In this document: piece by piece, positions 12,415 to 26,370 of the stretch
How positions within the stretch are numbered: the stretch's first letter is position 1
How the letters are laid out: each line of letters starts with the position of its first letter
Assembly (NCBI RefSeq): GCF_006345805.1
Contig: NC_042999.1
Location: 40,796,001-40,860,000, forward strand
DNA from: Octopus sinensis
Taxonomy: Eukaryota
Length of the DNA stretch: 64,000 bases
Direction of reading: 5' to 3'
Program-made: the position numbers and the translations under genes
Notes under the pieces: model-generated
What the model was told of the DNA's origin: nothing
Database searches by the model: none
Seen by the model: only the letters and a program-made list of their open reading frames with translations

Positions 12415-13935
12415 AAAGTGAGTGAGTGAGTGAGTGAATGAGTGACAGAAAGAGAGAGACTGTGTGAGTGAGTCTTTCATTGAGTGAGTGAGTGAGTGAG
12501 TGAGTGAGCGAGTAATGAATGAATGGATGAATGAGTGAATGCGTGACAGAAAGAGAGAGACTGTGTGAGTGAGTGTTTCATTGAGTGAGTGAATGAGTGA
12601 GTGAGTGAGTGAGTGAGTGAGTGAGTGAGTGAGTGAGTGAGTGAGCGAGTAATGAATGAATGGATGAATGAGTGAGACTGTGTGAGTGAATGTTTCATTG
12701 AGTGAGTGAGTGAGTGAGCGAGTTGTGAATGAATAGATGAATGAGTGAATGAGTGACAGAAAGAGAGAGACTGTGTGAGTGAGTGTTTCATTGAGTGAGT
12801 GAGTGAGTGAATGAGTGAATAGTGAATGAATGGATGAATGAGTGACAAAAAGAGAGAGACTGTGTGAGTGAGTGTTTCATTTAGTGAGTGAGTGAATGAG
12901 CGAGTAGTGAATGAATGGATGAATGAGTGAATGAGTGACAGAAAGTGAGAGACTGTGTGAGTAAGTGTTTCATTGAGTGAGGGAATGGGTAAGTGAGTGA
13001 ATGAGTGAGAGAGTGAGTGAGTGAATGAGCGAGTAGTGAATGAATGGATGAATGGGTGAATGAGTGACTGAAAGAGAGAAACTGTGTTTCATTGAGTGAA
13101 TGAATGTGTAAGTGAGTGAGTGAGTGAGTGAATGAGCGAGTAGTAAATGAATGGATGAATGAGTGAATGCATGACAGAAAGAGAGAGACTGTGTGAGTGA
13201 GTGTTTCATTGATTGATTGAGTGAGTGAGTGAGTGAGTGAGTGAGTGAGTGAGTGTTCATGAACAAGTGAGTGTTCAGGAACAAGTGAGTAGATGAATGA
13301 ATGAATGAATGAGAGATGGAGAGACTGCGTTAAGCGTGTGGTGAATGCATGAATGAATGTGAGAGTGAATGAATGAGGGGCGAAGAGACTGAGGGATGGA
13401 TGGCGGGTGGGAGGAAGGGATGGATGGATAGATGGATGGAGTGAGGGAAGGAGTGAATAAGTGACTGTGTGAGTGAATGAGTGAGTGATGGAGGATAGAG
13501 ACTGAGTGATTGAGTGTGTAAATGAATGAATGAGTGGGTAAGTGAGTGAGGGAGGGAGATAGAAACTGAGTGAGTGAGTGAGTGAGAGAATAAGGGAGTG
13601 AGTGAATAAGGGAGTGAGTGAGCGAGCGAGTGAGTGAATGAGTGAGTGAGCGAGCGAGCGAGTGTTGAATGAATGCATGTGAGTGAGTAAATGAATGAAT
13701 GAGAGAGGGTGAGTCTGTAAGCGTGTGGTGAATGAATGAGTGAATTAGGGAGGAAGAGATAAAGAGTGAATGAGTGAGTGAATGAGTGAGTGAGTAAGTG
13801 GGTTAGTGAGTCAGTGAGTGAGTGAATGATGTGTGAATGAACGAATGAATGAATGAATGAATAAGTGAGTGAGGAGAGAGATAGAAACTGAGTGAGTGAT
13901 TGAATGAGTGAGTGAGTGGGTGAGTGAGTGAGTTA
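12415..13935. repeat. (GAGT/GAAT)n tract with a higher-order unit
   Basis: GACAGAAAGAGAGAGACTGTGTGAGTGAGTGTTTCATTGAG recurs about 7 times between variable (GAGT)n runs. Confidence 0.9.
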
Positions 13936-14269
13936 TATGAAAACGCAAGTCTTTCAAGATGGAAACGGGATTTTGAAATACAAAACAATGAAATGTAAAC
14001 AAGATGGAAAAAAAAAGAAGAAAGAAAAAAAAACACAGATTACGAAGAATTATTGAAAGGAGAAAAACTCTGAAGATTTAATTAGACGAACAGACTATAA
14101 TTGTGTTTTTTTTTTTTTGTAGTTTTAGTTTGTCTTGTAATGTTTTGCTTCTATTTTATTTCTTTTCTTCTCCCATCATCTATTTGGCGGAAAAAACAGA
14201 TGTCTGGATTCAGTCAACCGTGAATAAACATTGTCAACAAATGCCAAACTTATAACAGCCAGAAACACG

Positions 14270-14382
14270 GCAGCAACAGCAGCAACAGCGGCAATAGCAG
14301 TAGCAGCAGCAGCAGAAGCAGAAGCATTGACAGCAACTTCAAAAATAACAACAACAACAACAATAACGATAATAATGATATT

Positions 14383-14417
<35 letters not shown>

Positions 14418-14420
14418 TGT

Positions 14421-14451
<31 letters not shown>

Positions 14452-14695
14452 TGATGATGATGATGATGATTATGATGATTATGATGATGATGATGATGAT
14501 GATGATTATGATGATGATGATGATGATGATGATGATTATGATGATGATGATGATGATGATGATGATTATGATGATGATGATGATGATGATGATATGATGA
14601 TGATGATGATGATGATGATGATTATGATGATGATGATGATGATGATGATAATGATGATGATGATTATGATGATGATGATGATGATGATGATGATT

Positions 14696-14729
<34 letters not shown>

Positions 14730-14745
14730 CAACAACAACAAAAAT
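14270..14745. repeat. Trinucleotide tract (CAG/CAA/AAT/GAT)n
   Basis: Direct reading. Confidence 0.95.
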
Positions 14746-15115
14746 AACAAATAATAGCTAAACTGACACTAGGAAAACAGCTGTAGCAGTAGAATAATAA
14801 CAATGACTTTAACAACATCAGTGGCAGAAGCTGTACTAGAAACATGAGCACTAAAAACAGAGGGAACAACGACCGCGAAAAGCCACATGAATACTACCAC
14901 AACCAGAAAACTGAAGGTGAATACGTGACCTTGCTGAAAAAGCAGCAAAATGCATCATATCACATCCTGCTGTGTAGGTAAAGAGGTCATACTTTCGGTA
15001 ATAAGACTACCTTTGTCGGTAATAAAAAATTTTTTTTAACAACTTCACTGACCAATCGCTACACCAACGTCTGTTCTGTTATTCCAGATAACGCTGGCGG
15101 CGAGATGAATTGCTG

Positions 15116-15148
<33 letters not shown>

Positions 15149-15151
15149 CCT

Positions 15152-15190
<39 letters not shown>

Positions 15191-15584
15191 TCTAGCAGTC
15201 GAGTGTACGTCATTGACAAGACCAAGGAAGGTCGAAATTACGTGATCTAATGGGCTTGATCATGTAATCTCGTAGTCTCGGCGCTGGAAATGTTGGAGGT
15301 TTATTTCCCCACTAGCGATATAAGCAAGAGTGTCTTTTGCACTGAAATTCAGTATGAGAGTTTCTCTCGTGGTAACTACTGCAGTATAGTTTGTCCTAAT
15401 AGAACATCAACGTTTAAGTAGGGATAACTATACTGTCTAATGTACTTCCTGATGCAGTATTTTTGAAAACAGGACGGGGGGTATTCTTTTCATTGTAGAT
15501 CTGCTCGATGGAGGTAGATATGGGGCTAAACAGCAAAACGAACTAACAACGATATTCATAGTATAAACCGCATCATGTATTGCA

Positions 15585-15782
15585 CAGGTGTGGCTGTGTG
15601 GTAAGAAGCTTGCTTCCCAACCACTTGGTTCAAGGTTCAGTTTCCCTGCGTAACACCTTGAACAAGTGTGTTCTTCTGCTATAGCCTGGGGCCAACCAAA
15701 GCTTCGCAAATAGATTATGTTGACAGAAACTGAAAAAAGTCCGTCACATATGTGTATATGTGTGTGTTTTTTTTGGTGTGGT
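15585..15782 (+). mobile_element. Diverged 5' half of SINE family A
   Basis: CAGGTGTGGCTGTGTGGTAAGAAGC...GAAACTGAAA. Confidence 0.75.
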
Positions 15783-15792
15783 AACACATCAC

Positions 15793-16180
15793 TGGAGGCG
15801 CAATGGCCCAGTGGTTAGGGCAGCGGACTAGCGGTCATAGGATCGCGGTTTCGATTCCCTGACCGGGCGTTGTGAGTGTTTATTGAGCGAAAACACCTAA
15901 AGCTCCACGAGGCTCCGGCAGGGGATGGTGGTGATCCCTGCTGTACTCTTTCACCACAACTTTCTCTCACTCTTACTTCCTGTTTCTGTTGTACCTGTAT
16001 TTCAAAGGACCGGCCTTGTCACTCTCTGTGTCACGCTGAATATCCCCGAGAACTACGTTAAGGGTACACGTGTCTGTGGAGTGCTCAGCCACTTACTTAC
16101 ACGTTAATTTCACGAGCAGGCTGTTCCGTTGATTCGGATCAACCGGAACCCTCATCGTCGTAACCGACGGAGTGCTTCCA
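15793..16180 (+). mobile_element. tRNA-derived SINE family C, full length with TSD
   Basis: TGGCCCAGTGGTTAGG (A box)...GGTTTCGATTCC (B box)...GTAACCGACGGAGTGC. TSD AACACATCACT at 15783-15793 and 16180-16190. Confidence 0.92.
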
Positions 16181-16500
16181 ACACATCACTAAATATCAAC
16201 AACAATAACAGCATCACCGCCACACTGTTCTAGTCCTATGTTGTCCGAGAGAAAGTTGTTGCTGTTCAAGACTGGTCTATCTTTCATCATAGGTAGTCTG
16301 ACGAGGGTTAAGCTAGGACAAAACAACAATAAATCCTTTCTGTAATAGGCACAAGGCCAGAGTATTTGTGGTGGTGGGGCTGGATAGTTAATTACATCAA
16401 TCCCAGTGCGCAACTGGTACTTACTTCATCAACTCCGAGCGGATTAAAGTCGACCTCGGCGGAATGCAGGACACAAAAATTCGAAATATCAATAACGCTT

Positions 16501-17079
16501 CTTTTCTACTATAGGCACAAGGCCCGAAATTTTGTGGGAGGAGGCCAGTTGAGTAGATCGACTACAGTACGCAACTGGTACTTAATTTATCGACCTCGAA
16601 AGGACGAAAGGCAAAGTCGACCTCGGCGGAATTTGAACTCACAACGTAACGGCAGACGAAATACCTATTTCTTTACTGCCCACAAGGGGCTAAACACAGA
16701 GAGGACAAACGAGGACACACAAACGGATTGAGTCGATTATATCGACTCCAGTGCGTAACTGGTATTTATTTAATCGACCCCAAAAGTACGAAAGGCAAAG
16801 TCGACCTCGGCGGAATTTGAACTCACAACGTAACGGCAGACGAAATACCTATTTCTTTATTACCCACAAGGAGCTAAACATAGAGGGGACAAACATGGAC
16901 AGACATAGGTATTAAGTCGATTATATCGACCCCAGTGCTTAACTGGTACTTAATTTATCGACCCCGAAAGGATGAAAGGCAAAGTCGACCTCGGCGGAAT
17001 TTGAACTCACAACGTAACGGCAGCCGAAATACCGCTAAGCATTTCGCCCAACGTGCTAACGATTCTGCTAGCTCGCCGC
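16501..17079 (-). mobile_element. SINE family B head-to-tail concatemer, 3 bodies, ~184-bp period
   Basis: Junction CGAAATACCTATTTCTTT at 16657 and 16841; single head at ~17030-17079. Confidence 0.92.
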
Positions 17080-17611
17080 TAAGCATTTAGTAAGGTGTGA
17101 TACAGTTACTGACAGGTAGGTGATAGAATTAATGTTTCACGATTGAACAACCACAAGCTGGCTTCCAGGAACTTTTGACGGGCTCTTTACAACTAGACTT
17201 GGCCTCCGACATTAGTGCATAAGATCTTTATTCATTCTTCTAACCTGCCTTCGTTCATATGGATTATTAATTAAGAGAGAAGGAAATGATGGTGAAGTGT
17301 CGATGTCTTAGGAACCAACGGTAAGCCTACGTGGGAGATAGAGCTGTTTGAAATAACTACTAACACAAGTCTTTCCCTAACTGTTTGATAAATAAACAAA
17401 TATAATAGTCAATGGTTTCAATAAACAAGAAATGCACGAACCAACGATGGGGAATCTCAGTAGTTTCTTCACTTATAGGTATGTGCCCCGAACATTTTTT
17501 TTTTCAAATATAACCTTACCACCTTAAAAAGGAATAAATATATTCAATGCTATTTCGTTTTTGGATTTGGCTTGCAAGATTCTTTATGTGAGTTCGTGTG
17601 TTGGCGCATAT

Positions 17612-17846
17612 TCTGTTCTTTCTGGGTAGAGTCATTATCTTTTGTGCTTTATAATTTAACACACTCACCGGTAAAATTTCCACTTAATCCTCATTTTTAT
17701 TTCGTTTCGTCTGGCAACCTTTTCAATAGTCAAGGCTATTGAAAATTTTAGGAAAATAAAATAAGGAATAAGTGGAAATTTTACCAACCGGTGAGTGTAT
17801 AAGACACAAAAAGAAAATGACTCTCCCCAACTAAATACAACAGAAC
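17612..17846. repeat. Fold-back inverted repeat
   Basis: CACTCACCGGTAAAATTTCCACTTA vs TAAGTGGAAATTTTACCAACCGGTGAGTG; inner TTTTCAATAG/CTATTGAAAA. Confidence 0.8.
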
Positions 17847-17887
17847 ACACTCAATGCATCATCATAAATATAATGTGCATTCAGGAT

Positions 17888-18022
<135 letters not shown>

Positions 18023-18269
18023 AGTATGTGTATTTGTGAGAGTAATTATGTCTATGTTTACGCCTGTTATATATGTCCTGTTAGCAGTTCGAAAAACGGG
18101 TATTTACAAAATAATTACACTCTTAAAAATATGTGACGTAACTAATATGATCAACTTAACCCCTGGAGCTAATGACACATCATAGACACAATGCAATGAC
18201 TAATACCAAACAGGAATACGTCGGATGAGCAACACTTTTCACTTTTGGATGAGAGAGTTAATCCTGCTT

Positions 18270-18580
18270 TGGGTGAGGTTAGGAAATTCGGCTCACCACC
18301 TTAAGATCGAGAGTTCGCGTCCCGGTGGTGCGCTGTGTCCGTCAGTAAGACACTTTATTTCACGTCCCTTCAGTCTACTCAGCTGGCAAAAATGAGTTGT
18401 AACAGTATTTGAAAGCGCCAGCCTTGTTACAATCTGTGTCACTCTGAATCTCCCTGGGAACTACGTTAAGGGTACGCATGTCTGTGGAGCGCTCAGCCAC
18501 TTGCATGTTTAGTTTCACGAGCAAGCTGTTCTGTTGATTGGATCGACTGGAACACATGCCGTCGTAACCGACGGAGTGCC
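18270..18580 (+). mobile_element. Diverged SINE sharing the family C 3' tail
   Basis: GAACTACGTTAAGGGTAC...GTCGTAACCGACGGAGTGC tail with a different head and body. Confidence 0.7.
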
Positions 18581-18889
18581 TGTTATTATTGGATATTTTC
18601 AACGGAGATTATTTTGTGCAAGTATTGAGAATGAGACCACACTCATATAATGGTAATTCAATATCTTAATGTACTATACAATAAAGCCTCAGTCGTGGCT
18701 TCTTATCGCCCCTCCTGTGTCTCGAAGACCTCTCCATAAAGGTCATGGGAATTCTCCTTCCTCTGCTGGATAAACCATAAAAATTATTCGGTTACATAAT
18801 TAGAATAAATATTTCAACTAACATTATTCGAAATGTCAACATTGAAATAGAAATTCGTTTTTTTTGTTTTTCCCCGTATGTTGTCAGAA

Positions 18890-19255
18890 GGCAGGCATAG
18901 CTGTGTGGCTAAGAGGCTCGCTTTGCAACCACGAGTTCAGTCCCACTGTATGGCTCGTTGGACAAGCGTATTCAAGTGAAGCCATTTGCCGACCTGTGTC
19001 TTGTGAGTGAATTTGGCAGATGGAAACTATTTGGAAGCCCATCGTAAATATGTGTTTGTGTGTATTTTTGTGTTAACGCCCGCACACATGCAAACGCTTG
19101 GCAACCGGTAATGGTTTATTTACGTCCTTGTAATATAGCAGTTCGATAATGCGAACCGACAGAATAAGTATTACACTTTATAAATTAGGACAAGAGTCGA
19201 TTTGCTCGACTGAGCGTAGCCGCAGTCCAAATGACTTGAACAAGTGAAAGATAAA
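18890..19255 (+). mobile_element. Old SINE family A copy
   Basis: GCTGTGTGG...GTTCAGTCCCACTG...AGAATAAGTA...ATGACTTGAACAAGT. Confidence 0.75.
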
Positions 19256-19276
19256 TGTAATTTGTACAACTAAATA

Positions 19277-20262
19277 TTCTTTTCTACACTAGGGACAAGG
19301 CCCGAATTTTTTGGGAGGGAGGGGGGCAGTCGATTACATCGACTCCAGTACGCAACTGGTACTTAATTTATCGACCCCGAAACGATGAGAAGTAAAGTCG
19401 ATATCGGTGGAATTTGAACTCAGAAAGTAAAGACAGACGAAATACCTATTTCTTTACAACCCACAAGGGGCTAAACAGAGAGGGGACAAACAAGGACAGA
19501 CAAACGGATTAAGTCGATTATATCGACTCCAGTGCGTAACTGGTACTTCTTTAATCGACCCCGAAAGGATGAAAGGCAAGGTCGACATCGGCGTAATTTG
19601 AACTCAGACAGTAAAGACAAACGAAATACCGCTAAGCATTTCGCTCAGCGTGCTAACGTTTCTTATTTCTTTATTGCCCACAAGGGGATAAACATAGACG
19701 GGACAAACAAGGACAGACAAAGGGATTAAGTCGATTTCATCGACCCCAGTGCGATACAGGGACTTTATTTATCGACTCCAAATGGATGAAAGGCAAAGTC
19801 GACCACGGTGGAATTTGAACTCAGAACGTAGCGGCAGACGAAATACCTATTTCTTTACTACTCACAAGGGGTTAAACACAGAGAGGACAAACAAGAACAG
19901 CCAAACGGATTAAGTCGATTATATCGACTCCAGTGCGTAACTGGTACTTAATTCATCGACCCCGAAAGGATGAAAGGCAAATTCGACCTCGGCGGAATTT
20001 GAACTCAGAACGTAACGGCACACGAAAAACCTATTTCTTTACTACCCACAAGGGGCTAAACACAGAAGGGCCAAACAAGGACAGACAAACGGATTAAGTC
20101 GATTATATCGACCCCAGTGCGTAACTGGTACTTAATTCATCGACCCCGAAAGGATGAAAGGCTAAGTCGACCTCGGCGGAATTTGAACTCAGAACGTAGC
20201 GGCAGACGAAATACCGCTAAGCATTTCGCCCGGCGTGCTAATGTTTCTGCCAGCTCGCCGCC
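19277..20262 (-). mobile_element. SINE family B concatemer, 5 bodies
   Basis: Repeated ~184-bp units; one complete head at the 20262 end; the 3'-most unit has tail type 2. Confidence 0.92.
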
Positions 20263-21009
20263 TCTATAATGGAATGGATATTAAATATGATAGCATAGAT
20301 ATGAATTGTAGTCTGTGACGAGAGATATAAAGAAAGAGTGGTGTCTGTTGATGATAAATAGGTACATAAACAAATATAATAATTATAAGCATTTCAGTTA
20401 TTGACATCTGTATACATCACATTCTAATCTCTATTCTTTTGCTGCTCATATTCTTCGCTTTTCTCCCAACCTCCAAACTTCTTCGTGTGTGTGTGTGTGT
20501 GTGTGTTTGCGCGTGCATGCATCTGTCACTTTATCCATCTGCAAAGTATGCCTTGCATTCTTACTTACTCCCACCCCACCACTTGACTACTCCACTTGCA
20601 CCAACCCACCCCACCCCACACATACACACACTTTCTTTCTCCGGATCTTTGCACAAAATTTGCCACCTCACCAACACATTTCACTCCGTCTTCTATCGCA
20701 CAGCTTCCCACACAACAGACACAGCATCCCAACATTTTAACTCATACCAGTCCCCTCCACATCATTCTTTTTTCCTTTATTCTCTTCCTCATTCCCAATC
20801 GTCTGACCTAGATAACGCACTTTGAGAGATATTCTGATTCCCTCTCCATCTTCCACCAAGAAAGAAGAGAAGTGTTCGAAACTTTTATTCTTCATACAAA
20901 TCAACTTACTCATACTGAACGTCCTTACTGCTTTGCCTAGTTTAGTTGTTTAATGCTTTGGTAACATTTTTACCGTGTGGTGTGTTGTTATTTTGGGGGT
21001 TTATTTTAG

Positions 21010-21735
<726 letters not shown>

Positions 21736-23851
21736 ATATATTTTAAACCACTTTGTACGATGTTAATGTTATTACACTGTGCAACACGACTTTTGTGAGT
21801 AGAAACTGTTATTTCCTATTCGTTTGTCCTTAGAAGATATGAAAAAAGTTTAATATTTTTTTCAAACTTTGCTTTTGTTACATTTATTCAAACCCTAAAG
21901 AATCCCTCTCAACACATGGCCATGATGCTCCCGCGTTGCTCCTGCTCATGATCAGAGATGCACATATCGTCAGCCACCAAGGGACATGTTCAAGTGGTTA
22001 TGGTCAAATAAGTGACAAGCAAATCTGTGATATTGAACAGAATATTTGCTATAACGATATTTCTGCTTCGGCAACTCAGCGCTGAATTTGTCTGAAATAT
22101 AATGGAAAATAGGTCAATTTCTATACGTTGATATCCAGGTCACAAAAGCAAAGCTTGAAGAGAATTGTAGTCATTTTCTTTGATTTCTAGATAGAACCAA
22201 ATAGGAAATAACCTTAACTAGCCAGAGACCAAACACATTAAGATTTTGTTGCACATTGTTATTCTATTCAATGTATTTATGTTGTTAAAGCAACAAATTT
22301 GCTGAGTATTTAGAAGTGGAAAGAATGACTTGTACTGCTCACCTCGAATTGAGACTATTTGGCGAAGCTGCTTGGACGCTGGCGATTTGGCACGGCCGAT
22401 TATGCATTAAGATTGTTTATGCGATGTTTTTTTTTTCTTTGCTGCAATATTATTTTTAATTTAGAAAGAAACACACGCAAGCACGCACGCATACAAATAT
22501 GCAAATACGGATAGAAAGAAAAAGAAACAGAGAGAGGGAAAGAGAGAGAGAAAGAACGAGAGAAAGAAAGGGAGAGAGCGAGAGAAAGACAGCGAGGTTC
22601 CTCGATACTTCAGTCGGTATCATATACATAAATTCAAACAGAAAGTGTAGTAGCTGTGCTTACAAGTTAGTTTTCACCTGGAATAAAAACATTGTCACGT
22701 TGCCAAAACGGTTCCGAGGACAAAACTTTTAATGTCGCATAAGTCAGCGTCGAATGAGCGATGCCAAATAGGCGGGGGCAGACGGCTCTATCAAAACGTC
22801 TCGTAGCTATCAGTCACATCTCTCTTCGTTCTGAATTCAAACCTTATCGAGGTCAACTTTGCCGTTTATCCCTTCGGAGATAGGGTTCATAATTAGAGTG
22901 CCAGTCCAGTGCAGGTGGCGATTCTTCCCTTTGTCTCTTATACTGAACACGTTCTTATTCTATCGACCCCTAAAAGATGAAAGGATCTTTTTTTCTGTTT
23001 AACTGCCACTTTTCAATTTCTTCAATTTTTGTTCCAATTGATTTCATTTTTGGTGAACTGGTGTAGTTTTGTAAGCTCATTATTTACATGAAATTCATTT
23101 TCGCCATAAATCAACAAATAAAGAGTAAATAGCTTTTAAAGATTGCAAATTTTGGATGATTTTAGCTAATCGATAACCATATAGGTTCCAGTCTCCATAT
23201 TAACATAGTTTGCTTAATAAATGCTTAAAACGCATAAAACACATGAGGTGTGAGGTAGTCGTAAAAATAATAACTAAATATGCCTTAAATCACGCATCTT
23301 TTTTTTTTACATAATCCCGTATGTACAATACAAATTCACAAAATTTTCGGAAAATTCCAAAAAATAAAAATGTTATATGAGAGGATATATAGCGTCCATA
23401 GCGCAGAATTCCACTAGTATTTCATATGTTTATAGTTGACAACACGTACCGTCACGCACAAAACGGCAGCTTCCAAATCCTGTTTTCTGACTTACCAAAA
23501 TTTTAACCTCTGTAACTTCATAGAAAATTTTTTTATGGGAAAAATGAGATCCAGCGAAGAAAATTACATCAATGCACCAAATTTTAAAATTTTCAGTGAA
23601 CTTTAAAATTTTCACAGGTGTAGCCGAATGAAAAAAGACCCAGATGAAAGGCAAAGTCGAACTGTACAGAATTAAAGAGATTTACTTTTTATATACGTTT
23701 TTGACAGCCTTGCTTGCATGCAAAGGATGTTTCTTTGTTTTTTTTGTAATTATTGATCTATTTATTTTTTTATTTTTTGACCTACCAACTTGCCCCTGTC
23801 AGCCAAGCTGCCAAAGATAGTCGATGTAAATTGGATTATTAAATTTATTAA

Positions 23852-23890
<39 letters not shown>

Positions 23891-23891
<1 letters not shown>

Positions 23892-24436
23892 GAGTGAGAG
23901 AGCAGTGCATGCCATCAAAGTGACACTGGGGTAAAATATACGAAGCCCAATATACCCATCATGACTACTTGTTTGATAAGGGTACACCAGGCACATGCAT
24001 CACAACCATATGTGCGCGACATGGTGATCTCATATCAAGATGAACAGCGCATGACCTTGCAGATGGGGCCCAGTTAGAATTTTCTTCTAGTCGAGTAGCC
24101 CATCTCGCTCAAAAGGTCCCTGAATAAGGATGTTGAACGAACCACCCATGTTTCCAAAGGTGAATTATCCAAACCTCTAAGAATTCCTTTCAACACATGG
24201 CTATGATGCTCCCCCACTACTTGTGCTCGTGGTCAGAGATGCACATATCGTCAGCCACTAAGGGACATGGTCAAGTGGTTATGGTCACACAACTGGCAAG
24301 CAAATATGTGGTAATGAGCAAAATATTTGCTGTAGTACATCTTTTATACCAAGACAAAACAATGTACATGATAACACTTCAAATCAATTAAGATCAGATG
24401 CCATAAGAACCACTGCCTGGTACTGCATCAGGGAAT
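23891..24436. mobile_element. Interspersed repeat embedded in (TTA)n; partial second copy at ~21890-22055
   Basis: Flanked on both sides by (TTA)n. AACACATGGC(C/T)ATGATGCTCCC...CAGAGATGCACATATCGTCAGCCAC is shared with ~21910-21980. Confidence 0.7.
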
Positions 24437-25165
24437 TATTATTATCATCATCATCATTATCATTATTATTATCATTATTTTTATTGTTATTATCATTATT
24501 ATTATCATTATTATTATCATTATTATTATCATTATTATTATTATTATTGTTGTTGTTGTTGTTATTATCATTATTATTATTATTATTATTATTATCATTA
24601 TTATTATTATTAATTATTTTTATTATTAATTATTTGAACTCAGAACGTAAATGCTGCTAAGCATTCCCCACCCACCCCGCCGTGTTAAACGATTGTGCCA
24701 AGTGGTCGCCTTAGGTACTTCAGCGATAAATAAAGCCACAGGAACGACGGCAACTCTTACTCGCAGACTGCCTATCTAACATGGCTCCAATTCAATCACC
24801 AGAAAACCTGCTAACATACATACAAAAGCAGATTGGACAGAAAAAGTATGAAATTACTTTTGTATGATAACCATACTCATATTATTGACTCTGTAGTAGC
24901 AGGAAGAGGAGATGTACCATAGAAAAACTGGGACAAAGGACCTGACCTAATATTCCAACCGTCTAACAACATGCCACTGGTCTTCTTTAGGCTTGACCTA
25001 AAGCTATTCAACTTCCTCTACGTTGCCTGCTGTCATCAATGTTAAAATCATTAGAACTAACCTTCATCTTACCATTATCAATGTCACCAGCTGTCATCAC
25101 CACTGTCCCTGTTAACGTTCTGTCTCCCCCATGTCCTCTTCTCCTCCCTCACAGACACAGACACA

Positions 25166-25179
<14 letters not shown>

Positions 25180-25206
<27 letters not shown>

Positions 25207-25251
25207 ACAATCTCTTCACCTCACCTACCAGTGTTGCTTCCAAAACACCAA

Positions 25252-25286
<35 letters not shown>

Positions 25287-25415
25287 ACAACAACAAATAT
25301 ATGTAAGCAAGAAAAAAGAAAAAAAGGAAACGAAAAGGAAAAGCTCAGATTACAACAAATCCTTAACAATGCAAAAGTAACAATAACGCGTTGATTATAA
25401 AGATCTGGTTTATTC

Positions 25416-25462
<47 letters not shown>

Positions 25463-25502
25463 GGTGGTGGTGGTGGTGGTGGTGGTGGTGGTGGTGGTGG
25501 TT

Positions 25503-25535
<33 letters not shown>

Positions 25536-26370
25536 GTTTTAGCCGTTGTTGGTACGGTTGCTGGTGGTGGTGGTGGTGGAAGTGGTAGTGGGGGTGGTGA
25601 TCGTGGTAGTGGGTCGGTGTTGAAGGTGGTGGTCGTGGCTGCAGTATATGGAAGCAGCAGAAAGATCCTGATGTGATTGTAAAGGATAGCGATGACTGAG
25701 CGCTATCGCGTATGTATGTGAGTGTATAAAGAGTATATGTTGAGTGTGTGTGTGTATGGAGTATATGTAAAGTGTGTGTGTATGGAGTATATGTAGAGTG
25801 TGCGTGTGTGTGTGGAGTATATGTAAAATGTGTGTGTGTGGAGTATATATAGAGTGTGTGCGTATGGAATATATGTAGGGTGTGTGTATATGGAGTATAT
25901 GTAAAGTGTGTGTGTATGGAGTATATGTAGTGTGTGTGTGTATGTGTATGTAGAACGTGTGTGCGCGTGTGTGTGTGTGTGCGCCTGTGTATGTGCTGTG
26001 TGTGTGAGTGTGTGTGTGCATATACAGAATGTATGTAAAGAGTATGTGTGTGAGTATGTGTGCGTGTATGTGTGTAGAGTATATGTAGAGAGTGTGTGTG
26101 TGTGTGTGTGTGTGTGTGCGTTCGTGTGTGTGTGTGTGCGTATGTGTGTTGTGTGTATGTGTATGTGTGTGTGTGCTATGTGAGTATACAGAGTATATGT
26201 TGTGTGTGTGTATAGAGTATATGTCGTGTGTGTGTGTATAGAGTATATGTTGTGTGTGTGTGTGTGTGCATAGAGTATATGTTTTGTGTGTGTGTGTGTG
26301 TGTGTGTGCATAGAGTATATGTCGTGTGTGTGTGTATAGAGTATATATTGTGTGTGTGTGTGTGTGTGTG
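25180..26370. repeat. Simple repeats (CA)n, (CAT)n, (TAG)n, (GGT)n, and (GT)n with a GAGTATATGT spacer unit
   Basis: Direct reading. Confidence 0.9.

Noticed and set aside
15793-15870. tRNA-like sequence (also at 37392 and 61116)
   Set aside because: SINE heads continuous with body and tail and bounded by TSDs; not standalone tRNA genes.
19277-20262. CRISPR-like regular array
   Set aside because: The units are whole SINE bodies with no unique spacers; eukaryotic context and no cas genes.
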